DNA from: an uncultured Methanosarcinaceae archaeon
GTDB lineage: Archaea; Halobacteriota; Methanosarcinia; Methanosarcinales; Methanosarcinaceae
DNA length: 64,000 nt
Reading direction: 5' to 3'
Assembly (NCBI GenBank): GCA_963833425.1
Contig: CAWHXP010000003.1
Coordinates: 480,001 to 544,000 of the forward strand
Shown here: positions 55,559 through 64,000 of the stretch, one piece after another
How positions within the stretch are numbered: the first letter of the stretch is position 1
Layout: each line of letters starts with the position of its first letter
Translations under genes and position numbers: made by a program
The notes under the pieces: generated by a model
The model's input: only the letters and a program-made list of their open reading frames with translations
What the model was told of the DNA's origin: nothing
Databases searched by the model: none

Positions 55559-56350
55559 TCATTTCTCAGGAAAAGCCTCAATTTCTAACCTTTTCATCTG
55601 GAGATGGACATATCCTTTGTTATCCAGTGGATTACTACTTATAAAATGAGCTATAACTTCATTTATATAGTCTTCTTTCAACTCTTTGGATACTTGTTGT
55701 ATATAAGGATGCCAAGTTGAAGCAATCCAAGCAAAAAGTCCCTTTTCACCTTCAAGGGCCATATATTTTGAAATAATTTCTAGGCGCTTAACTGAAAAAC
55801 CTGCTTTTTTGAGCCATTTATTATATTCTTCAGGTCCATAAAAACCAAATGGAAATACAAAATTTCTGAAATAAGAGCTCCATTTCTCAACTTCAAGCAT
55901 AAAGTCAGCGATTTTAAGTATTTCTGCAGCATTTCCCTTTCCACCAAACTGAGCCAAAAATATTCCACCAGGTTTGAGACTTTTAAAAAAACATTTAAGA
56001 TAATTTTCAGGAGCCTTTAACCAGTGAAGAACAGCATTGGAAAAAACAATCTCGAACTCAGAATTAAAAGTAAGTTCATCTGCGTTTATCTGCATAAAAG
56101 TAAGGTTTGAGAACTTATCTTGAGAATAGTTGTTTCTGGCAAAGGATATCATATCTTCAGAAAGATTGATCCCTAGAACAGAGCCTTTCGGTAGGATTTT
56201 TGCTACTTCAGCACTAAGCTTTCCATCTCCACAACCAACATCCAGAATCCTTTCATTCCCTTTAAAACTCAATTTCGCAAGAAGTTCAAATCCCCAACTT
56301 TTTTGAGTTGATGAATTAGAAGAATAAAATTTTGGATCCCAGTGGTACAT
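55559..56350 (-). CDS. Class I SAM-dependent methyltransferase (trans-aconitate methyltransferase-like)
   Basis: ILDVGCGDG motif I, FSNAVLHW, LKPGG, GGKGN. Confidence 0.85.
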   Translation of the reverse strand: MYHWDPKFYSSNSSTQKSWGFELLAKLSFKGNERILDVGCGDGKLSAEVAKILPKGSVLGINLSEDMISFARNNYSQDKFSNLTFMQINADELTFNSEFEIVFSNAVLHWLKAPENYLKCFFKSLKPGGIFLAQFGGKGNAAEILKIADFMLEVEKWSSYFRNFVFPFGFYGPEEYNKWLKKAGFSVKRLEIISKYMALEGEKGLFAWIASTWHPYIQQVSKELKEDYINEVIAHFISSNPLDNKGYVHLQMKRLEIEAFPEK

Positions 56351-56588
56351 AAATCAATTTGTTTTTTCAAAATAAATAACTTTGTTTTTTTCGGTATTGA
56401 GTGATTTCGTTGCATAATTTATATACAAAACATTAAAATGTTAGATCAAAGCTCGTCTAACAAAGCTGTTCTGCGGTGTACCAATAATTTTGTCCATTTT
56501 ACTCTACAGCTTATACAGAGCTTTTGTGACAAAAATTATGTATTTATGAAAGCTGGATCTATTAATAATAATATAGTCATAAAAAAAT

Positions 56589-57395
56589 TCATTCCGGTTT
56601 TTCCAAAAGTGCAGGATACTTTTCTTTTAATGCTATGAGGAGCTCTTCCTCTAATTTTACACCACGAAGTGTTTTCACTTTAGAAAGCTGGTCAAGGGAT
56701 AAATTTTTTGCTCTATACAAGTTAGACCATTGAAGGTCAGCTTCTTGGAGGTTAGTTTCTTGGAGGTTAGCTTCTTGAAGGTTAGCCTCTTGGAGGTTGG
56801 CCTCCCGAAGATTAGCTCCTTGGAGGTCAGCTCCTTGAAGACTAGAGCCTTGAAGGTTGGACCCTCGACAGTTGGATCCTTGGAGGTTAGCCTCCCGAAG
56901 GTCAGATCCTTGGAGGTTAGTCTCTTGTAGATCGGCACCTTGAAGGTCAGCACCTTGAAGATCAGCATCTTGAAGGTCAGCTCCATAAAGATTAACCATT
57001 TGCATATTAGCTCCTTGAAGATTAGATCCTTGAAGGTTAGCTATCTGGATGTTAGATCCCTGAAGGTTGGAATTTTGAAGGTTAGAACCTTGTAAATTAA
57101 CCAATTGAAGGATAGATCCTTGAAGGTTAGCTCCTTGGAGGTTAGCTCCTTGGAGATTAGCTCCTTTATCCAAAATGTGAGCATTTGAAAAGTCAGCTCC
57201 TTGAAGGTTAGCTCCTATAAGATTAGCTTTCTCGAGGCTAGCTCCTCGAAGATCAGCTTCTTGAAGATTAGCCTCTTGGAGGTTAGCTTCTTGAAGGTTG
57301 GCCTCTGTGAGGTTAGCCTTTACAAAGTTAGTTCCTTGAAGATTAGCCCCTATAAGATTAGCTCCTTGGAGGTTTTTTATCTCTGAAATATCCAT
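56589..57395 (-). CDS. Pentapeptide-repeat protein
   Basis: Long A[ND]LQ[GE] array with 15-bp DNA periodicity; C-terminal LSLDQLSKVKTL...KEKYPAL cap. Confidence 0.9.
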   Translation of the reverse strand: MDISEIKNLQGANLIGANLQGTNFVKANLTEANLQEANLQEANLQEADLRGASLEKANLIGANLQGADFSNAHILDKGANLQGANLQGANLQGSILQLVNLQGSNLQNSNLQGSNIQIANLQGSNLQGANMQMVNLYGADLQDADLQGADLQGADLQETNLQGSDLREANLQGSNCRGSNLQGSSLQGADLQGANLREANLQEANLQEANLQETNLQEADLQWSNLYRAKNLSLDQLSKVKTLRGVKLEEELLIALKEKYPALLEKPE

Positions 57396-57590
57396 GAACA
57401 ATTATTGGCTTTAAACTAAAATAAGCATTACTATACTAGGAAGATATCTTCTGCTGTTCAGGATTTAGCTTTTAAAATCGTATCGATTCATAACACATTA
57501 AGTGTCCTAATAGCATAAAACCAAATTGTGTACTGATATTTTTTTATTAGCGAAATTCTATGTTAGTGAATCAAGATGGGGTATAATTCC

Positions 57591-58314
57591 ATGGGTTATC
57601 TTATACTTATTTATCTTATACTTATTAGAGATGGAGCACCAGGTTTGAATCCTGAGGATAGGTTTGCTGGTTGGATGGCTATTTCGCTCACCAAGAAAGG
57701 AATCAAAGAAGATCTTAGTTGTGCAATAAAACTTGAAAATATAGAATTTGATCTTGCTTTTACCTCAAATCTTGTCCGTGCGCAAGAAACGCTTTTCATC
57801 ATACTGCCCGGCCAAAACAAAACCGGTATTTTTGTCCATGAAAAGGCCGTTGAAAAAAGTAATATAGGGAAAGTTGAATGCTATTCTTACCCTATAGAAC
57901 TTAGTAAAAATTTGATTCCAATATACTATACAGCCGCTTTAAACGAACTTTACTATGGGAAGCTCCAGGGCAGAAAAAAAATCAAAAATGGAAGAAAAAT
58001 ATGGGACAGAAAAGGTCACTTCCTGGCACTGGGATTTTGAGCCAGGCCCACCTGAAGGTGAAAGCCTCAGAGCTGTCTATAAGCGTGCCGTGATCTATTT
58101 CGAGCAAAAAGTTATGCCTGCAGTAAAAGAGGTTAAAAATATAATAATCTATGCCCATCAAGGCAGTTTGAGATCTCTGGTCAAGTATATAGAAGATATT
58201 TCTGCCAAGAATATTAAAGAAATCAGATTCTCCACATGCGAGTTTGTAGTATACAATTTTTTAGAAGGCACTTTGGTTAAGGAAAATGCTGAAATAGCCC
58301 TAAAACAAAAATAA
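57591..58314 (+). pseudogene. gpmA: 2,3-BPG-dependent phosphoglycerate mutase-like histidine phosphatase pseudogene
   Basis: RFAGW, FTSNLVRAQET, LNE.YYGKLQG, PPEGESL, AHQGSLR; RHG motif reads RDG; frameshift in the poly-A near 57975-57990. Confidence 0.8.
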
Positions 58315-58783
58315 ACCTTTCAAGATTCGTCTGAAAAATTAGATGATTTTTGGTAAAAAGGTTGTTCGTAAATGTTAGGATAACATATCTCAACTATGGC
58401 TTAATTTGACTTTGTGAAATTTGTTGATGCACAGTTTTTGCTATATAAACCTATGTATCAATGAAACCAATATATACTATTTTGTAATGAAAGATGCCAT
58501 CGTTAGGAAACTTGAGGATACCGTCAAAATATTTGATTACACGCATTAATTTTTCATAAATAAGGTAAAACTTTGAATACCATGTATTTTGATTTTTTTC
58601 GACTTGAAATTAGGGTATTAGTCCAAAAATAATACTTTTAGGCATTTTATCTCTTAACCAAATACAAATGAAGCAAACCTTGTATATTTTTATATATTCA
58701 AAAATTCCGGAGAGCTGCATAAAATCGGAGTTCTTTTGCAGGAATAGAATACAATCTAATATATTTATCACGAATATTTTGTT

Positions 58784-59933
58784 GTGAAATTGCAACGGTT
58801 TAACAGTCTTGACTATCTTAAAAATCCATATAATACACGGATTTACAAGATCGTAGATGAAAGAAAAACGGGAAGGAAGTTAGTCGGCATTTTTTGTCTT
58901 TTCGTGCCTGACGAAATTATCTTTGCGGCAGGTGCTGACAGTGTAATACTCTGTGGGGGTAAGGATTACACTGTATCCATAGCGGAGCAATATTTACCCA
59001 GGAACATCTGTCCGCTTGTCAAATCTTCCTTTGGCTAGATTGTTAATACGGTTGTTCGGGAATAAAATCCTGTTCTCATTTCGACATGGTAGCCATGATT
59101 GTTGCAGAAAATACCTGCGATGGTAAGAAAAAGATGTACGAATTATTGGGAGATTATGTCCCTACTTACATTGTAGATCTTCCACAAAACCCGATAGTCC
59201 AGAAGCCCTAAACTATTTTTTAGAAGAGCTTGATAAGTTTAAGGGCGCCATGGAACAGCTGACAGGCAATAGGGTCACTGTTGAACTATTAAAGACGGAA
59301 ATAGAATCTTCGAATGAGACGAGAAAGCTACTCCACAAGCTTTATGACCTGAGAAAAATGGACATAACACCCATTAGTGGTGTTGGTGTGCTAAAGGTCA
59401 TGCAAAAGCAGTATTTTCTATCGACAGAGGAATTTAAAAAAGTAATTCACATGCCCATATCTAAAGCGAAGCAGGTTAGAGTGGACTGGACTCACAAGTC
59501 CAGGATAATGATCTCCGGCTGCCCGATGTCTGGAGGTAACACAAAAGTACCTGAAATAATAGAGAGCAAAGGCGGCGTTATCGTCGCTGAGGAAAGCTGC
59601 ACTGGCACAAGATCGTTCTGGTAGCCAGTCGACGAAGACAAGGATCCGATGCTGGCGCTGGCTGAACGCTATATCAAAATACCCTGCTCATGTATGAGTC
59701 CGAACGACAGGCGTATAGACAATATTCTAGAGCTGGCGAGGGAGTTTAAAGTCGAGGGTGTAGTGTACTATACCCTGTAATTTTGCCATGGGTACAATAT
59801 AGAGAAATATAAGATACAAAAAGCACTTAAGAAGGCTGGGATACCTATGTTTGCAATAGAAACGGACTATAGCAACTCTGATCTCGAGCAGATCAGACTT
59901 CGTGTGGATGCTTTTCTGGAGATGCTTTCATGA
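58784..59933 (+). pseudogene. 2-hydroxyacyl-CoA dehydratase / double-cubane-cluster protein family pseudogene
   Basis: [55 protein letters not shown]; two TAG, one TAA and frameshifts. Confidence 0.85.
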
Positions 59934-60692
59934 TCTCAGTGGGAATAGACGCAGGGTCAGCCACTACAAAGGCAGTCATGGTCGTTGCCGACCAGATTAT
60001 TTCCCATAATATAAGCCCCACAGCATTCGATTTTTTTATCAGCGTCAGAAACAGCGTATAAATATGTGCTTGCCCATGCTGGAGTCAACGAAGACAATGT
60101 GAATTTAGTGTACTCAACCGGATACGGAAGGAACAGCATAAAATTTGTCGACAGGGCTATAAGCGAGATCACCGCCCATGCCAAAGGAGTTTACCACCTG
60201 TATCCGGATGTTAATGGGATAATCTATATAGGAGGCCAAGACAGCAAGGTTATCTCAGTGAATAAGGGAAAAGTAACTGATTTTTTAATGAATGACAAAT
60301 GCGCAGCTGGCACAGGCAAATTTTTAGAGTACACGGCAAGAGCGCTTGAAGTGCCAATAGCGGAGCTGGGGAGTCTGGCACTTGCTTCAAAAACACCCGC
60401 AACCATAACAAACATGTGTACTGTTTTTGCAGAGTCTGAAGTTATATCTCTTCGTGCAAGAGGCTTTACGAAAGAAAATATCGCAGCTGGACTCATTGAA
60501 AGTATTGCCAGGAGAGTTGCTGTCATGGCCCGGCAATTAGAGCTAAAACAAAATGTAGCTTTCGTGGGCGGTGTGGCTAAAAATGCTGGTATTAAAGCAG
60601 CGCTGGAAAAAGAACTGGATATCTCGCTCTATGTGCCTCCGGAGCCGCAAATAACTGGAGCACTGGGAGCAGCACTGTATGGAATCAGTTAA
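59930..60692 (+). pseudogene. ATP-dependent activase (HgdC/BadG/BcrA type), +1 frameshift in the poly-T at ~60030
   Basis: GIDAGSATTKAV, STGYGR, SEITAHAKG, GGQDSK, MNDKCAAGTG, CTVFAESE, GGVAKN, GALGAAL; ATGA overlap with the upstream gene. Confidence 0.88.
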
Positions 60693-61264
60693 AACAGTAT
60701 TTCTAAATATAAACGGAAGCAAATCAAATGAAATGAGAAGATAGGGATATTACTGAGGCAGAAACCTGCATGGAAAAAAACATCATTAATAGGCAACAAA
60801 CTCATAAATGTAGAAAAGCATAAACAATAGCCAACAATTGAAGAGAATCCGCTCGCTAAAATTTATCAATTTGATCTGGATAAATATGGCTATTGATGAC
60901 TTTTTTATCCAAGCTGAATCGTTATGATTACTGTTTTCCTGGATTAAGCTTTGAATATAAATAGTTTTCTTATGCATAGGTTTTATAGCAAAATCTATGT
61001 ATACATCACTATTATATTGATCACGATTTTATCAAATGAGAAAAATGGATTTATAATGTACCAGAATTTTCTTACTGGTCTTAGACCTAGAGAAAAAGCG
61101 TGAAAATATCAAGGACGTTTTTTCTAGCTCATTTTTATAATTATTTTACAGTATTGAAAATTGAATTTCTGATCCAGTTTATTCGGATTTTTAGTTTTGT
61201 TTTAAATACCGCATGATTATTTTTTTCTTTTATTTCTATTTATGATTCTGATAAAGGTCAACTA

Positions 61265-61399
61265 ATTCCAGATGTTCTATGAGATCCATATGTTCTATGA
61301 GTTACATAAGTTTCATAAGCTCCATGGGTCATAGTTTAGCAACATATCTTATTTCGTTTGGAACTTAATGGATCCAGAAAATTAGCACAAAAACTGTGC
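61265..61399. repeat. 9-mer tandem array (GTTCCATRA-like x7) plus conserved tail; second copy 62097-62225
   Basis: attccagat gttctatga gatccatat gttctatga gttacataa gtttcataa gctccatgg gtcatag. Confidence 0.75.
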
Positions 61400-61691
61400 A
61401 AAGATGAAAAAGGTATCGTAAACATATATTTTCAAATATATTTTGAAACATATAGTAATCAATCTTTCCATATATATTATAATAGTTGAAGACCAATTAC
61501 CTAGTAGTAAATAAAAAAATGGTGCTCTTTGGTAGATACACGAACAATATTATTAATAATCAAACTAATTATTCAAAAATTAAGACAGATAACTAGTTGA
61601 CAAGCTGATTTTCAGCGGTGGATCTGCTAATGGGACATGCGTTATAAAGAATTATAGTGTTATTTTTTGACACTAGAAAGGAGTAAACTAA

Positions 61692-61799
61692 ATGTTAAAA
61701 CAATCATCTGGTAGAATGAAAAAAGTACTTGCGGTTTTGCTGGCAGTACTTTTTGGATGGCGGCTCTATGAATGGGGCTGGAAACACCAGCAACAATAG
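61692..61799 (+). CDS. Small ORF with a Methanosarcina-type signal peptide (probable deletion remnant)
   Basis: AGGAG RBS; MLKQSSGRMKKVLAVLLAVLFGWRLYEWGWKHQQQ*; another frame gives DGGSMNGAGNTSNNSTNSMNR. Confidence 0.45.
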   Translation: MLKQSSGRMKKVLAVLLAVLFGWRLYEWGWKHQQQ

Positions 61800-62468
61800 C
61801 ACAAATAGCATGAATAGATGATGCAGAAACACTGCTTAACAAAATCAATTAAATGTCTCTAAAATATTTTTGGTGGTATTAGGTAATATTTACATAGATT
61901 ACTTACAAAAAAAATACCACCTTAAATGTTACCATTGATATCACAAAGAGCTTCGAGACAAAACATTATTTATGAGACAGTTTATCATCTTTTGTTCTCC
62001 TAGTTTTTCTCTAATCATTCAAGTGTGTGTCTTAATATTAGAAACTTTTAATAATTTACTGACATTTCTATTTTTGATTGTGCTTTAGTTTAATTAGTTC
62101 CAAGTGTTCCAGGAGCTCCATATGCTCTATGAATTCCAGAAGTTCCATGAGTCATAGATCAACAATGTTTTCTTATTATTGATGGCATTTAGGAGATCCA
62201 GAGATTTAGACCGAAAAAAGGTGCGTCAGTAACACGCGAAATCCTGTCCTTTGTGGTAAATTTTAAAGGATTTCTACAGAGCCAAAAATCGATCTTGAAA
62301 AGTAAGCAAAAGAACCAATTAATTCAATATTAGAAGAAAATTAAAAACCAGATGGGAGAAGATATTTCTTCTTTTTTGGCTCAACCTTGAAAAACATAAA
62401 GTAGCAGAATTGCTACTTTCTTTAATTGTGGTGTATTCAGATTTTGTTAGTGGATTTACCACCTGTAG

Positions 62469-63422
62469 CTACTGATTTAATGGCTTGCAACTATATTCAG
62501 TCATATAGATATCGCCAGAATCTGACCAGACTACAATATTGCTGGACACACTCGGTGTTTCCGCCGTGTTGCTGGCAAATAATTGAGTAGTCTTTCCGGT
62601 AGAAATGCAGTACACATATATATCGCCTATCCCGATATACGGATTTTGTGGCTCTTCGTTATGGTGTTTTACGTACACAATCTTGTCATCATATATGTTA
62701 GTAGAACCTCCGGTGTCATAACCATTAGTATCATTACCAGTTGTGATTTCTGTTTGTTGCTTGGTAGCAATGTCATACATACAAATGTTGCCCATTCTAG
62801 TGTTGAAATCTGACCATATGACCCTGTTTTTGTATATGTTAGGATATAGATTATAGCCATCTCTGCTTACGTCTATTGTTGTCCCAGTGGCGATATCATA
62901 CATATAAATCTGCGGAGTATCATTACCAGAATATGAATATACTGTTTTGTTTTCGTATATACTGGGATCACTACCGATTCCTATTTTAGTTTCTTTGAGT
63001 GTAGATATATCACTCATGTAGATATTACCATTTATATCAGCACCACTATTTGTACCCCAAACAATTTTCTTCCCATAAACAGCAGGTTTGCTGTATTTAT
63101 TTACGTTTTGCTTAATAGAAAATCTTGTACCAGTCTTGATATCATATACAGTAAGTTCCGGCACATTAGTGCTCTCGTTGTGCCATACTAACTGGTTGCC
63201 AGAGATAGATGGGTATGATGCTTTGGAGGAATTAATTGTAGTGTCTTTTTTAGTGGTCAGATCATAGATATGAATAACTCCATTATTTGTCCACGCTACC
63301 TTAGTACCGTCGATAGCAGGTTGAGATCCACTACCTATTTTTGTTACTTGTGTGGATGATGCTACTGTCGAAAGCAAGGTTAAAATTAAAAATAAAGATA
63401 TTAAACAAGATTTTTTTTTCAT
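62469..63422 (-). CDS. Secreted Methanosarcina-type beta-propeller surface protein
   Basis: Signal peptide; repeats PAIDG.KVAW, PSISGNQLVW, IYMYDIAT; ends in TAG. Confidence 0.85.
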   Translation of the reverse strand: MKKKSCLISLFLILTLLSTVASSTQVTKIGSGSQPAIDGTKVAWTNNGVIHIYDLTTKKDTTINSSKASYPSISGNQLVWHNESTNVPELTVYDIKTGTRFSIKQNVNKYSKPAVYGKKIVWGTNSGADINGNIYMSDISTLKETKIGIGSDPSIYENKTVYSYSGNDTPQIYMYDIATGTTIDVSRDGYNLYPNIYKNRVIWSDFNTRMGNICMYDIATKQQTEITTGNDTNGYDTGGSTNIYDDKIVYVKHHNEEPQNPYIGIGDIYVYCISTGKTTQLFASNTAETPSVSSNIVVWSDSGDIYMTEYSCKPLNQ

Positions 63423-63517
63423 CTTTCTTCCCTCTCATACGCTGTACATAAGATTCAGAGATTTAGACTTTACATAAAAATAAGGAATATTGCAATAACT
63501 TAAACTATCATTGAATT

Positions 63518-63559
<42 letters not shown>

Positions 63560-64000
63560 TTATTTCTATTTAATTTGCAATATATTATGTAGGATATAGA
63601 GTATGTGTAAGTATAAAAAACAGGATTTTTAGGTATCCTTGATCCATAGATTTTGCCACAAAATCTATGCGTTTCTTAATTTCGTTGAAAGAATCACTTG
63701 ATAGTTTTTCTCTGATTCTACTTGTAGTTACACTTTGCTTTCCGTTAAAATAATTCATAAAAGCATCTAGTTTTTTCTGTCGAGCCTGGAAGCAGTAGAA
63801 ACTGGGATTAAGTTGGTGCATAATTGTAGGAAGTAACATATGATTCATTATCATAATAAAATAAACTTACTAACATATTTTATATATTCATCCTGCTAAA
63901 ATTTTTAAACTATAAAAATAATTGAAATATTGTAGTTTTAATTTTTTTTATAAATTAAAAAATTTACCAGGATATGTATGCGAAAATATGTAATTCTAAA

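Noticed and set aside
58784..59933. Functional gene via pyrrolysine read-through
   Set aside because: Also has an in-frame TAA and frameshifts that amber decoding cannot rescue
61265..62225. CRISPR array interpretation of the short repeats
   Set aside because: 9-nt contiguous units without unique spacers; no cas genes
63585..63854. 89-aa minus-strand ORF
   Set aside because: No recognisable domain; runs through a palindromic repeat; probably a fragment

Overview
Chromosomal window from a Methanosarcina-type methanogenic archaeon (inferred from the NrpR regulator, SufCB/SmsCB pair, archaeal IleRS, MptE, MEDS-PAS kinase, Methanosarcina-type beta-propeller and TPR surface proteins, and IS types). 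Core genes are intact: serA, ileS, mptE, a U32 Fe-S protein, nrpR, sufC/sufB and argC-CBS-argJ. The accessory DNA between them is AT-rich and heavily eroded, with about a dozen frameshifted or stopped genes and relics of IS110, IS5 (x3), IS200 and possibly a group II intron. Main accessory content: (i) a ~17 kb stress/signalling cluster (GH130, two PRC-barrels, 2-hydroxyacid dehydrogenase, AI-2E transporter, CsbD, PAS histidine kinase, CheB-CheR-PAS fusion, PPK2); (ii) an intact 1818-aa DUF4011-SF1 helicase-Vsr-like nuclease-DUF3320 (Hhe-like) defence candidate with an inverted MITE pair upstream; (iii) several short non-coding repeat families (IS5-derived ~90 bp MITEs, TAGGACTTACGC MITEs, a ~30 bp REP-like palindrome, a solo IS200 hairpin joining both element ends, paired 9-mer arrays); (iv) a GC-rich candidate switchable pseudoknot RNA at 19.7 kb. 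No tRNA, rRNA, CRISPR array or reverse transcriptase was found. I cannot prove a novel system. The best leads are the receptor-less CheB/CheR-kinase stress island, the hairpin/REP-like elements and the candidate structured RNA.
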